Positions 38,291 to 52,839 of a DNA stretch of 64,000 nt are shown here, piece after piece. The notes under the pieces were generated by a model. It saw nothing but the letters and a program-made list of their open reading frames with translations. It was not told the DNA's origin and did not search any database. Location: assembly GCF_009914755.1 (NCBI RefSeq), contig NC_060932.1; one strand, written 5' to 3'. The first letter of the stretch is position 1. Each line of letters opens with the position of its first letter. The stretch comes from the human T2T-CHM13v2.0 reference genome, Homo sapiens. The translations under genes and the position numbers were made by a program.

Positions 38291-39526
38291 GAATGTGATT
38301 ATTCGTATTATTGTTACATCTCAGGAAACAGAAAATACCATGCTCTTACATGTTTTCACATTTACTGTGTCATTTGGGAAACTTGACCCTTAAAAGCTCC
38401 CATCCCTGGGACTTTTATATAAAGTTTTCTTCTCCTTTCTGCCAAGCTCGCTTGGGTGGCGGTCACCCTGCCATTATCTCCCTGAAGCAGAAGGGGTTGA
38501 GGAGGAGCCACAGGGCTGTCCCTGGCAGTCTCACCAAAGCCCTGAGCTGTGCAGATAAACCAGTGTCTGCAGGTAGAGGGATGGAGAGAAAGCTTCCCTG
38601 CTGTCTACTCTGAAGGTTCTCTGCAAAGAACTAAGGGTAGACAGTTCAAAAAGAGGCAAGCAATAACAAACTTATTAACGTGTACAGGGCAAAGGAATTC
38701 CACAAATATGACGCTCAAAGAAGGTCTCGAATGTAGCTTCGATGTGCCACATGTGGGAAAACTTGGAGGCCTGTGCTGCGGACTGGTCTGCAGTGTCTCA
38801 GAGGGCAGTGTTCACACTCCCGACAGAAACACAAAACACCTTGATTTTCTGCCCCAAGTGCTGAAATTGCATGAAAAATTAATGAGCAATAATCAGAGTG
38901 TTGTATTTCACAGATTATCAACCACTCGTATACTCCTCCTAAATACCCTAGTTCTTCCTTTCTACCTCATTACATGTACTTTTATTTTATCCTGAACAAA
39001 ACCCAAAACTTTACAAAATTGTTATTTCTCAAACAGAGACACTTAGGAAGATTAAGTGCAAAGCCTGGGGATCGCATGGTCAGGGTGAGATACAGTTGGA
39101 ATATGAAACCCAATGTATTGACCCTTTCCTCCTTTATACTTTATCCCTATTTGCTGGTCTTTATCAATACTTTCAGTTTGAATGTGGTTAAACTGGAATC
39201 TACACTAAAGAATCTGGTGGATGGTGAGACGGCTCAGAATACACCAGCATTTGGATGTTCTGCAAGTAAAATGAGATATGTTTTATGTCATCATTGATGT
39301 TTTTCTACTAGTGGTGATTTATTTTGCTCTCATTCTGATGATAATTAATTTAGAAAAAGAAAAAGGGAAACAATTGTGAAGTCCTCAGTCTCTTCAGTAC
39401 TTAAACTAAGCTCTGAGGCCCTCCCAGGACTGAGAGGATGGAGTGAAGGAGGCACTTAGCTTAGCTCAGGCACAAAATTTAGAGGGGAAAAAACTCAGTT
39501 ATCAAGACAAATAATATTTAATGCAA

Positions 39527-39839
<313 letters not shown>

Positions 39840-39901
39840 TGACTCAGGAGTCTAGTAGTTCTTCATAATTCTGGAGATAGCTATGACCTCACTCTGTGTC
39901 A

Positions 39902-40207
39902 TTATTTTATTTTATTTTATTTTTTGAGACACAATCTTGCTCTCTCACCCAGGTTGGAGTGCAGTGGCATGATCCTGGCTCACTGCAACCTCCACCTCCT
40001 GGATTCAAGTGATTCTCCTGCCTCAGCATCCTGAGTAGCTGGAATTACAGGCACCTGCCACCACACCTGGCTAATTTTTGTGTTTTTGGTAGAGATGGGG
40101 TTTGGCAATGTTGGCCAGGATGGTCTGGAATTCTTGACTTCAGGTGATCCACTCTCCTTGGGCTCCCAAACTGCTGGGATTACAGGCATGAGCCACCATG
40201 TCCGGCC
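39902..40207 (-). mobile_element. AluS
   Basis: Full antisense dimeric Alu with (tttta)n tail. Confidence 0.97.
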
Positions 40208-40780
40208 CCAGTGCAGTATTTTAAAGTCTTAAAATTAATGCAAAAAATACATGATAAAAAAAATTCTAAGACTTTAAAGTCAGGATCAGTTTTCTACCAG
40301 AATAATGAACATAGACACATAAACCACAACCCATGAACCCACACAGTTTTGCCCCTTGCTTCCAGAAATTCAAGTAAGTACGTAGTACAACCAATTCAGC
40401 ACACTCCTAAAGGACTTGAAAACACATTTAAGAACCACTGGCATAGAGCATTTGTGCCTTTAATTTGTTGGCTTTGAACTGTTTTGTAACATAAAATGAA
40501 CTATACCTTAATTGTTTTAACTGAATGATTTTCTAATTAGATTTCACAAGGCAAAAAAAAAAAAAAAAAAAAAAAATGGGAGTTAGGTTTTAGCCCCCTG
40601 GGACATCTCATTCCTAGTAAACAGCAGGTAGCTTGTCTTCCCTGAGGGTAATAGGCTCTGAAAAAAAAAAAATCCATACTCTTCAAGATCGATGTCCGTG
40701 GAGATTTATGGATGGTAAAATGTGGGACGGGACAGCAGCCTCAGCAGCATCTCCCCCAGTCATATTTGGGTGCGTGTCTG

Positions 40781-41371
40781 TGATAATAGGAGTTAAGAAG
40801 AAAGCACTTAGACAGATAGGGTACAGAAGTCCCCTGTAAGGCTTTCTCTTTAAGGAAAAGCAGCCCTAAATCACCGTCTTAACAAAGAGCAGCCTGTAAG
40901 GCCAAGCTGCAGACATAGACAAGCCAACTGGGAGCTTGCACCGGTGAATGCTGGCAGGAAGCGGGGACTAGACATGTTCAAGGTGCCCTTCTCTTTGTCA
41001 ACCACTCGTACAGTAAGAACCAAACAAGATGGCTTCCATCAACTGGAAAGCCTATTTGCATAATAAGATTAGGGTGGGGCCACCAGCCTCCCTAAGGCTA
41101 TCTAGACATCATACCTGAAGGAACCAATCTGTGAGCCCTACGTAAATCAGACACCGCCTTCACAAACTGGACTGTAAAATTTGGACCGTCCACCACCGCT
41201 TGTTCCTTTCTGCTCAGGGACTTCTCTCTCTAGAGAGAGCTGTTTCTCATCCTCTTCTCTTCTGCCTATGAAACCTCCGCTCCTAAATTCCTTGTGTGTC
41301 TGTGTCCTAAATTTTCCTGGTGCATGACGGGGAACTCCAGGCTATATACCCCAGTCAACATAGCCATTTCA
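40781..41371 (+). mobile_element. LTR9/LTR9B-like ERV1 solo LTR, full length
   Basis: tgataataggagttaagaagaaa..atttgcataataagattagggtggg..gccatttca; perfect 4-bp TSD tctg. Confidence 0.88.
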
Positions 41372-41379
41372 TCTGCACA

Positions 41380-41576
41380 TGTGTGTGTTTGTGTGTGTGT
41401 TTGTGTGTGGGGGGGAGAGAAGGAATGGGAAGGTGGAGAAGGAGGAGGACAAAGGGGAGAAGGAAACGGGAGTAGGAGGAGGAGGAAAAAGGGGAGGAAG
41501 AGGAGAAGGAGAAGAAGGGACAGAGATAGGCAGATAGATAGATAGAAAGAGAGATAGTTAGATGGAAAGATACATA
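41380..41576. repeat. (TG)n, GA-rich and (GATA)n low-complexity block
   Basis: Directly visible simple repeats. Confidence 0.9.
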
Positions 41577-41711
41577 GGCCGGGCGTGGAGGTTCATGCCT
41601 GCAGTCCCAGCACTTTGGGAGGCCAAGCTTGAGGCTGGGATTTCTATACCAGCCTGGGCAACAAAGTGAGACCCCATATCTATAAATAAATAAATAAATA
41701 AATAAATAAAT
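41577..41711 (+). mobile_element. Alu left monomer with (TAAA)n tail
   Basis: ggccgggcgtgg..cccagcactttgggaggccaag..ccagcctgggcaaca. Confidence 0.9.
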
Positions 41712-42063
41712 AGAAAGGTAGATTGACAGATAAAAACTTTCAGGATATGTCATAGAGTATTTAATAGTAGTAGAATATTTCTTTTTCCTAAATCAGGAAC
41801 ATGTTTCCTACCTTTTCCATAACATTAAGTATGGGAGGAAAATTAAAGACAATATGAAACTAAGAGGGTGCAATGCTTGTCAGAGTAGAATAGGGGAATT
41901 CTAGTTGAAGGAAACAGGTATTCTTGACTGTAACAGAAATCTTGGAGGGCTGTTCCTCTGAAATATGCAAAGCATAATCTTAGGCCTACCTGTGTGTATT
42001 TCTTTGTTTTAGGAATCTCTGAGTTGAGAAGTATGGAGAAAACCTCAGATGGTTAAACTGGAA

Positions 42064-42367
<304 letters not shown>

Positions 42368-42981
42368 CTGGAATATTTTTAAACTGTTATTGTTTAAGAG
42401 AAGTAAACGTTGAAAGAAAGGAGACATTTGATTTTGACTAAAGAATGTTCTTGCTGAGAGAGACTAAGTAATACTGAAGTGCCACACACCATTTTCATTC
42501 CCATTAGTATTTAAATGATTTGATTACAAATGATAAGACTCCTAATTGGACTTTCAGAATAATAACTAAGCAAAACTGTTTTCCATTATTAAAATGAAAC
42601 AAGAATAGGAAATTAATGAACGCAAAGTTGCTGAACAGTGTGGTCTGCTAAGGTAAAACCCAGCTTCCCTGGGAAAGAGGGCAGAGGAGGTGGCCAGCAG
42701 CCCACATTGGAGGGTGCCAGTGACAGAGAGCATTGCAGGAGGGAGCGGGTCCCTACAGGACAGGTCAAAAGCACGGGCGAGTTAAACACTGGGACAGAGC
42801 TGCTTCTTCAGAGCACTTCCTCCTAATAACGTATTTTCCATTTCAGTCTGTATTATACACATTTGTAGAGTTTTAATGGAGAGGATCTTCCCCATGTATC
42901 ATTCAAACAAAATTGCTTCATACTATAAGGGTCATTTCAAAATTATTTCATGTGAAATTGCTACACATGCCCTACACTTAA

Positions 42982-43363
<382 letters not shown>

Positions 43364-43729
43364 TAGGAAAAGTGGATATCCCAAGGACAAGATCCATTTT
43401 CTCTTTTTATTCCTAATATCTAGTATCCTTTATAAACATTTTTAAATAAGAGAATAGATGAATTAACGCCATGATTTTGAAAGTATTTCTCCTTTGCCGT
43501 AATATTTCACTCAAATAAAATAGGAAGCACGTCCTTAAGATTTAACACAGAGATTTTTTTTTCCAAATCTACATTAAGTGCACAGATGAGGGCACAATTC
43601 ACAAATGTAATTAATTCTGATAAGCTGCTGGTTACCCTAGAATTCAAATGACAGACTTCAGAGGAAAAACACTTATAGGGTAAAAAGAGAATAGCTCTAT
43701 TAATTTCCAGTAAGTAATACACTTGCCTA

Positions 43730-43871
43730 GGCTGGATGAGGTGACTCAAACCTGAAATCTCAACTCTTCAGGGGCTGAGGCAGGAGGATCACCTGAGCAC
43801 AGGATTTCAAGGCTGCAGTGAGCTGTGTTTGCACCACTGTACTCCAGCCTAGGCAACAGAGTGAGACCCTG
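43730..43871 (+). mobile_element. Alu monomer (FRAM/AluJ-like) lacking a tail
   Basis: ggctgaggcaggaggatcacctgagc..ggctgcagtgagctg..actccagcctaggcaacagagtgagaccctg. Confidence 0.9.
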
Positions 43872-44046
43872 TGTATTAGTCCATTCTCAGGCTGCTATGA
43901 AGAAATACCAGAGACTGAGTAATTTATAAAGAAAAGAGGTTTAATTGACTCAGATTTCCGCATGGCTGGGGAGGCCTCAGGAAACTTAAAATCATGGCAG
44001 AAGCCACCTCTTCACAGGGCAGGAAAAGAAGAGGGAAATCTCTGCC
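43872..44046 (-). mobile_element. THE1D/MSTA-like LTR, truncated
   Basis: tgtattagtccattctca..gctgctatgaagaaatacc..gcatggctggggaggcctcaggaaact..cacctcttcacagggc. Confidence 0.88.
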
Positions 44047-44740
44047 TTTATTTTCAACAGAGACAATTAAGACTCTGTAGCAATAAGATACCAAATTCCA
44101 ACCTGACTGTGGTATAGCATCACAAGACAGCAGTTCCTGAAAGAAATAAAAATATTTTGCCCCAAAATATATCTTTAACAAATTTTGAAATGGCCCTGCA
44201 ATGCTGTCTCTGTTGGGGAAAATTTACGTTCTGTAGAAAATCACCGTCCCTTTCCAGGTCTTTTTCTGATCCTGAAGAGGTGATCTGAGAGTCTAGTACC
44301 TTTTAAAGGTCTGAATAGAAAACATTTGACATCTATTGCCTCTATGGATGGTCACCTATGAGACTTCATCTACATAATAAGAACTGTGGTCTCCACAACA
44401 CGTTATGTTAAACTAGACACTCCTTTCTATTCCAGATTCTTAGATACTAACTTAACTCATTCTACCAATTGCCAATCATAAAATCTTTGAATCCACCTCT
44501 GACCTGTAAGCCCCCACTTCAAGTTGTCTTGCCTACTCAGACCAAACCAGGGTATACCTTACATGTATTGATTGATGTTTTATGTCCCCCTAAAGTGTAT
44601 AAAACCAAGCTGTAACTTGACCACCCTGGGCACATGTTCTCAGGACCTCTTAAGACTGTGCCTCAGGTCTTGGTCACTCATATTTGGCTCAGAATAAATG
44701 TCTATAAAATTTTTTAAGAGTTTGATTATTTTTATCAACA
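44047..44740 (+). mobile_element. MER4D/E-like ERV1 LTR, 5'-truncated
   Basis: ccccaaaatatat..ttttgaaatggccctgca..tgtataaaaccaagctgtaac..gggcacatgttctcaggacctc..ggctcagaataaa..tcaaca. Confidence 0.85.
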
Positions 44741-45780
44741 ACACTAAGATAAAAACTATGTAATAAAGTACTTCAGCCTTGGTAAACCCTATTTCTAATG
44801 AGTCTTTTCTGTCTTCAAAGACTCCTTTTTCAGAGATGTGGGCTGGTAAAGATCACTCATAGAGAAGCAAGAAACCTTCTAAATTTTTAAATTCAAATAC
44901 CCCTTCAGCTAGCCTAAGACAGGCAGGTGGGGACTGGGCAGACCCCACATTAATTGTCCCCTACGGAAGCAAGAAAAAGGACAACTATGAAAAGATCTGG
45001 AGAGGAACAGAGCGAAAGTGGAATGTCACTGCTGTTTTCACCATTTTAATTTACCAAAAACTGACTGCGTCCAAGGGAAGGAGCTGCTAGCTAGGAATCA
45101 CACGAGGACAGAACTAACATTTCTTTTAACTTAAAATTACATTTAAAAGTTGGATAAATTGATGTACACAGGCCACCATGTAGTCTGCCCTTGTATTTGT
45201 ATGTCTACACTTTCCCCTAGATCAGCTCCAGCTCTGGCCGTGTGTTTAGGCATTGCTGTCTGTCTACCTTCCTTCCTCTGGTGGACCCAGAAAAAGAATT
45301 CAGCTACTGCTGCTAGTCTGTAACTTCAAAATGACACATAAATCATCTTAATCATCTTCACAGGGTTTTATACCACAGAACAATGCAGGACATGCCTGGA
45401 TAAATGTCTTATTTACACGTGACAGTGACTGGCTTGGTGGGTCACGGTGACAAGGATCAGGCAGGCAGGCCGTTCTCCTCACTGCTGAATTTGCTTCTCA
45501 CAAAAGAGGGTGGAGGAGAACAGTCAGTCAGCAGCAGAAATGTTGAATACGTTTTATTTATTTAAATCCTAATGCCTTCATTAATTGCATCTCAGAGTAC
45601 TAAGGAAAGGGAAAGCAAAATCTACTGTCCTAGAAAAGAAGAATTAGACAAGTTCAGCGACATTTGATTATTTGGAAAGGATTCTTTATGGAAATTATTT
45701 CTTAATAAACTAAGCTTTCATGCTGAAGTCACGACTAAGATTTGCAAACATTTATACAAAGCTCATTTGTTACAGAAAGT

Positions 45781-45800
45781 ACACACACACACACACACAC
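45781..45800. repeat. (AC)10 microsatellite
   Basis: Directly visible. Confidence 0.95.
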
Positions 45801-45832
45801 GCATATATACAATATGCAATTATTAGCCAGAA

Positions 45833-46127
45833 ATTGTTGTTGTTGTTGTTTGAGACAGAGTCTCCTTCTGTCGCCCAGGTTGGAGTGGAGTGGCGCGATC
45901 TCAGCTCACGGTAGCCTCTGCCTCCCAAGTGATTCTCCCGCCTCAGCCTCCTGAGTAGCTGGCACTACAGGCATGCACCACTATGCCCGGCTAATGTTTG
46001 CATTTTTAGTAGAGATGGGGTTTTGCCATGTTGACCAGGCTGGTCTCGAACTCCTGATCTCAGGTGATCCATCCACTTCCACCTCCTAAAGTGCTGGGAT
46101 TACAGGTGTGAGCCACAGCTCCCAGCC
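45833..46127 (-). mobile_element. AluS with (TTG)n tail
   Basis: Antisense Alu; TSD approximately a(g/a)ccagaa(a/g)tt. Confidence 0.95.
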
Positions 46128-47566
46128 TAACCAGAAGTTTTATAACCAAGAGATTCAAAATTCACGCTGCCTAGTACCACGTGATTCTTGACTTATTTTC
46201 TAGCTCTTTGATGCATTCATTTTCAGGCTAACGTAGGGAAGGAGTGTGACTGTTAGTTCATCTTCGGGTATTGTGTGATGAAGTAGTGCTCGAGCATCAG
46301 CAATGAGATGCCCATGGAGCTTGCAAACACTTCCCTTAGCCAATGTCAGCATTATTAGTTCTCCTTCCAGAAGGACTTTCAATCCAAGAAGTCAATCCAC
46401 TTTTATTTCCTCACGCTTTCCTCACCCACTGGTAACGTGTCAACATCCTCTGAAATCGCCTGAGGGTGAGGAGCTCCAGGTAGAAAAGAAGAAAAGAGTA
46501 TGATCACTTTAAATATAACTAAATGATAATATTCAGGTATTTTCCTCTATAAACTCAATACAATACAGCTATCGAATCCACTGTAGCTATAAGAATACAG
46601 GTATTTTTTGGATTTGAGGTAGATATCCTGAAGAGGTTTTTTTCTTCTGTGTCCCTAGACCTTTGTTCTTTCTAAAACTGTGCTGAGATGAAGGCCTCCC
46701 GCCTGTGGTCCTGAGGATGGTGTTGCTAAGCAGCAACAAGGTCCTCTTGCACTGTTTCCAGAGCCAGTCACTCCAGCCTGCCTCAGTGCACACCTGGGCA
46801 CCAGGCAGGTGTCTGGAAGTGACTCATTCTCTAAAGAACATTTGCCTCTAGAATTTTTTTAGAAATTCAGTTTAAATCAGGACATATAAAATCAGCCTTA
46901 ATAACCGTGAAGTTATAAATATAGTTTTGTGAAATACAGAGATTGACAGCTTGGATAATCAGGAAAGAGCGAGAATTAAATATAGAGAAGAGGAAGGTAA
47001 CTAATGTTAGCTGAACAAGTCATTTCAACTGTAATTTTAAGATAATAGCTTTTGAAATATGGTCCTTGTGGAAAACTGGAAGCAAGAATTTATGTGACTC
47101 TAAGGCAGAAGCTCAATGTTTAAGAGAACAGAAATATGCTTTTAATTAGTGTGATGACTAAAAACACAAAATGCTTTGGTGGGTCTTTTCTTATTTGATT
47201 ACAAGTCTTTGTTGAAGCTGTCATATGTAACTTTCAGTAATTTCATGTAATAATTTTAAGCCACAAATTAAAAATCTGCCATATCAATGAAGAACATGTT
47301 GATTAAATGGTTTATATGAAAAGCAAGGAGGAAAACAACTTGAAAATATTAAAAGCATTTAGCCTTGTGATGATTGCCAAAATGACTAATTAACAATACT
47401 GATATTTTTCCTTCTGTCCATTTCACAAATATAAATATTAGAAAGCATATTAATTAAATTAAAAGGCACCAAACAGAAATTGATTTTTTTAACTTGTGAA
47501 AATGTCTAGGCAAAGACTATGTACATCAGTCTTTTTATTCCTGTTTTCAGAATGAAGATTCATTAC

Positions 47567-48011
47567 TATTATGAGTTGAATTATCTCCCTCGTAAAAAGA
47601 TAAGGTGAAATCCTAACCCTGGGAACCTCAGACTGTCACTTTATGTGGAAATAGCATCCTGACAGAGAAAGTCAAATTAAAATGATGAGGGAGGAACCCA
47701 ATCCTGTATAACTGGCACCCCCTATAAAAAGGGACATTTGCACACAGACAAACGCAGGAGGAAGATGATGTGAAGACACAGACAGAAAGTCAAGTGAGGC
47801 TGGATTGATGTGGCCACAAGCCAGGAGTCCCTGGTTGACCAAGAGCTGGAAGAGGCAGGAAGGACCCTTTATCTCCAAGTCTCAGAGGGAGCATGGCTCT
47901 GCTGACACCTTGATTTTGAACTTCCAGCCTCGGAACTGTGAGACTATATATTTCTATTTTAAGCCACCCAGTTTATGGAAATTTTTATGGCAGCCCTAAA
48001 AAACTAATACA
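47567..48011 (+). mobile_element. MLT1C-like MaLR LTR
   Basis: tgagttgaatt..atcctaaccc..gagggagcatggctctgctgacaccttgatttt..cttccagcctc..ggcagcccta..aactaataca. Confidence 0.9.
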
Positions 48012-49454
48012 ATCGTACTTCTGATAATATAAAAATGCATCCTCAGGATAAAAATAATCTCATTATAAAAATACACATAAGTACAAAAAATAAAGAAGAG
48101 ATTAAAAATCTTCAAAAATCCATCCAGCCTTTAAATAAAAGACTCTTTTGGTGATCATTCTTTTATTTCATCTGTTTATGAATATATGCCATCATGCAGT
48201 ACACAATTTTAACCTGTGCATTTCAAAATGATATTGATTATGAAGATGAATTAGAAGTATTTGTATTCCTCTTACATAGTAAAACATAGCACTTGTGATA
48301 TATAGAGGCTGACTTGTTAAGTTATATTTTGAAGTTCCGATGTGTGCATGCGTGTTTTCTCAAACATCCTGTAGCATGACTAGATTCCAGGGACATCAAA
48401 AGAGATTACCTTTGCTGTTTACCAGTCAATTTCTGAAAATGTTCTTCTATTAGAATACCAGGCATTTATTATAAAATTATTATCTCTGTGAGAAAAAAAC
48501 CTACTTGAAGGTAAAACACTTTAAACTTGCCAAAGTTTGATTGATTAATGTAATAGGATTATTGAAATAATAATCCTGTATTAAGCAAATTTTTCATAAG
48601 AAAGAAGGAAGGGTTTGTCATCTGAAAATAGCTTAAGAGATCATGATGAAGGGCAGGTGGACAGAACTGTGCATTAGAGATGAAATATTCCCACTCAGAA
48701 CTTTGCACATCCTGACAGGCATTATTTGAAATACTTTCATTAGTTTACAGTTTATTTTCCATTTTCTATGGGCAATACATTGTCATATTTAATCATCATC
48801 TTGACTACATGTGTAATGATCATTTCTCATTGAGTGAGACAATATTTATTCAGCGTGAGGATTTTCCTTACTCGCTACTTCTTTTTTGACTTTTTAACAA
48901 AGCTTTAATTTTTTAATATGTGTGTATATATAATTATATTTTTAAAACACAGCAGCACGATTTCTGCCCTGAATGCACGTAAATTTGAAATACTGACCAC
49001 AAGCAGCTTCCTTTACCGTGCACTTCCTGGTAACTTCAACTTGCCGTGATCTCAGGGAAGGAACTGTGTGTACCAGCTATTTCTGTGCACACCTGTACAT
49101 GTTTATCTGCTGTAATATAGTTCATACATGCTCCTGAAACGTTAGTTTCATTGCATTTTTTATGCATTAAAATCAATGAATCAATGAAATCTTGGGTTGG
49201 ATAAAGAGGAGGGAAAGGACAATATCTGGCAGGTAGGAAATGCGATCAAACCTCACAAAGGCATGAAGTAAGCAAGCAGGAGAATTCTTTCACAGCTTCC
49301 ACTTAAGGATTAATGTTTAAGAAATTTGTCTTTCTAGTGGAGCTGGATTATTCATCACTATTTCTCTCAGGTTGATGTTTATCTTCAAATTTGTTCTAGA
49401 AGTAGAAGTGGTTTTGTATTTAGAGAGACAGGCGCTGAGACCTTCCTGCCATCT

Positions 49455-49640
49455 TCAATCGATGGATACTTGCTGAGCAGCTGTTCTGAGACATTGTTCT
49501 GGGGGCTGGGGATAAATAGCAGAAGACAGCCAGAGCCTCTCTGCCCTGGCGTCTGATAGCAAAGGGCAGTAAGTGTTTGTGACAATTTCAGGTGTTAAAA
49601 ATTCTACTGGTAGAAAAGAGACCCGAAAAGGATTGGTTAG
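49455..49640 (-). mobile_element. L2 3' fragment
   Basis: tacttgctgagc..cattgttctgggggctggggata..agacag..ctgccct. Confidence 0.5.
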
Positions 49641-49849
49641 AGAAAGGGTCAACCAACAAGCTCAGGGCAGAGTAGGTAGAGACCTGTCCCCTTCTGTTAG
49701 CCAAATCCAGACCCTTTTTCACTAGATCACAATATTTTCTGGTCAAAAGGAGGGATGGGAAGAGACATTATTTTTACTCTTGGCTTCAAATCTTCCTCAT
49801 AATGTTTGTTACATATAAACCTTATTTCTTATTTGTTTTTCTATTTTTG

Positions 49850-50910
49850 TTCTAATATTAACATACTTTTTGACAACTATTTTTCCATTGAGACTAGGGA
49901 CATGTGTCCCTAGATTTAGATTTCTGTCATTTTATGTGTGAGTTTATGTTTTGCATTAGTTTTAGAAAGTTTTCAATTGTTATCGTCTCAAATATTTCCT
50001 TTTCTTTATTTTTTTCTTATTTTATTCTGGGACTTAAATTACGTGCATGTTGGACCATTTATAATTACTTTGCCTCAGTTCTCAGGTGATTTGTTCTATT
50101 ATATTTTTCAGTATTTTTTTCCTGAGATATTTTAATCAGATTGCCTTCTAAATCATTAACCATTTCTTAGGCCATGTTCAGTCTGCAATCAAGTGCTTCT
50201 TGTATTTTTTTTAATTTCTGATGTTATTTTTTATATTTCTGACATTTCCATTTTTGCATACTGTTCACGATGCTGCTGAAATTTTCCATTGCCACACACA
50301 TTCACCTCCCCTGGCAAACCCATTGGAATTTTGCTCATGTTTTCTTAAGGTTCCACTCTGCTAAATATATCAATATATTGTTTAGGGGACTGTTCCTATT
50401 AATTGTTTCATTTTATGACTGTGGGTCTATTTTCTTGAGTTTGTTTGTATGAATACGTGCGTTTTGCAATTTTTTTATTGTCAAACCTTCATTAATAGAA
50501 TACAATAAACATACGAAAATATGTACCTACCAATCCCCCTTCTTCTAATTCCCAGAAAGCAAAAGTACTTCTCAGAAATTTCTCACAAAATACACACATA
50601 TGCAATCCACACACAGTTTGAGAAATGAATAACCTTCCCACCCCCGATTTTTTCCCTTAACCTAGTCACCGCCCCTCCTCCCAGCCGTCCCCTCCCAGGT
50701 AGCCCCATCCTGACATTTATGATGATCCCTTTACTGCTTTTCTTTACATTTTTAACACTTAAATCTGACTCTCTAGAATAGCATCTTGCTTGCTTTTTAT
50801 TTTAACTTTATGTAAATAGAATTATACAGTTTATATTATTTTATGCTGGTTTCCTTGCATAATATTATATTTGCAAGGTTCATCCATATTGTGGTTTATA
50901 TTTGTACCAA
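49850..50910 (-). mobile_element. Old L1M fragments (ORF1-like, then 3'UTR-like)
   Basis: tagaaagttttcaattgttat..ctcaaatattt..ttctgggact..; aactttatgtaaatagaattatacagt..aggttcatccatattg. Confidence 0.6.
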
Positions 50911-52612
50911 ATCTGGACAAACACGTTACCGTATCTTTTATGATTATAGATGCACTTGTCCTAAAGACAATTTTAGAAAATTGAATCTAATAGTAAACAA
51001 CAAGAACAATGTGTCATATCTAAGTGGGGTTTATCCTAAGCATGTGAGTCAATTTTTGAAAAGCAATGTGAAAATTACTTCCCAGTTTTTGAATGTGTAA
51101 CAGTATAGGCTCTTTTCAGGTCAGCCCTTAGGGTGATGGTTGAGCCGATCAGATTTGAGCCGGGTGTGGAGCTGATTAGTTATAATTTGATTCAGGTTAT
51201 CACAGGATTCCAGTCGAGTTGGAGGTCAGCACTCTCCTTCCACTGAGGTCCGGGGTCCCAGCACACGTGGGAATCCTGAGGTCGCTTGTCCTCCCAAGCC
51301 GAGCCACCTGCTTTGGATCCATGCAGGATCTGTCCTTGCTGGAGGGTCTATGGCCTGCTCTGGGGGCAGCTGAAAACCCTTTGATCTCAGTTCCTGGCTT
51401 CTACTTTCTGAGTCCAGGGCCGTTTTCTTCGCCGGCAGTGCTGGGCTCTCAGGCCTCCTAAGGGGCATCCCGCAGGGCCTTGGTAGCTGCTTTAGATGGT
51501 TTCTCTCCTGTGGACCTACTCAACTCCTCTAGTCTTCAGTAATTGAAAGCCTGGGATGCATTCGACTTTTAAAATCTCAAGTTTCCTCCCCTGACCCCAC
51601 AGTTTTTAGGAGAAAACCCAGGTCAACAGATGCTGCCTTACCCTCCCTCTGAAGGGTGGGGGGCCCCTCAGATCAACTCATCTCCACCTTCTGCCCCGGT
51701 ACTTGCCCACCGTCAGACAGCTCTTCCCTGGAACTCGCAAGAGCCCTTGTAGATCTCAGGGAGCCGTCGCTTCCAGCTGTTTTTATCCACCCCCTCCCTC
51801 AATCCCCTTTGACACATGACACTTGGGCACTCAGTGAGACCCATGGACAGGTGGGCAGGGGAGAAGGCTGTTTCCATTGCTGGAGCTCGACCAACGTCAG
51901 CTCTGACATACAACTCCCCCAGGCCACTGAACACCCAGGAGAAGTTCATCTGACTCCTCCTTACCGAAGCTGTGTCAGATCCATCTCACTTCTGCAGTTG
52001 ACCCGACTCGTGGAAGGTCGCTTCTGATTTTCTGTTCAGTTTATTTACACTTTTGTGTCTTGAGTTTTCTTAGGGTTAAAAAAAAACTATGGTTTTTGTA
52101 GTTTTTCTGACTCATTTTATTTTATGGTGAGAGTGATGGTCTCCTCTAACTTCAATATCTGAATCAGAAGCAGAATTCCCCCAACTTCCTTATTACACAG
52201 TTGAGAAAACTGACAGTTACAGAGTTAAGCGACCATGCAGCGAAATTACATATGGACCAATAAAAATCAAACCAAAAGTAGGGTATTTTTGTCTCCAAAG
52301 TTGTATTTGACTGAATTGACTAAAGTCATTAAATAGACAGTAAATTAAAGACATGGAGAAGATATTAGCTTTAGGATAATTGGTAGAATATGTCATCATG
52401 AAATTTAACATTGTGAACTAGCGAAATCTGATGTTGTCCTTCATGATTAGGTTGTTTTTGTAGGTGGTTACTAATAGCTGAGAATTGCAGGAGGGAAGTG
52501 AGAGCTGTAGGCATTTTCTCCCACGCATCTCTTGAGTAGATGGTGTGTTACTGTGACAACAGGTGTCAGATGACAGGAAGGAATTTTTATTAGCAGGCAA
52601 GCAACCAAAGCG

Positions 52613-52672
52613 ATCCCAAACAGCCTGCTCTGTGAACTCAGTATCCCAAACAGCCTGCTCCGTGAACTCAGT
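52613..52672 (+). repeat. 30-bp tandem duplication
   Basis: atcccaaacagcctgctc(t/c)gtgaactcagt x2 with one mismatch. Confidence 0.95.
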
Positions 52673-52839
52673 GAAGTTCCACGCCATTTTCCTTCCTGGT
52701 GTTCCATTCCACAGTGGCCGAAATCTCATCTGAATCAGCTGTGACAATACTCCAGCAGAAACATCAGGCTACTGAATCATTAAACGCACATCTAAACACA
52801 GGGAAGTTAAGAATTCTAAATCGAGAGGCTGACTCTAAA

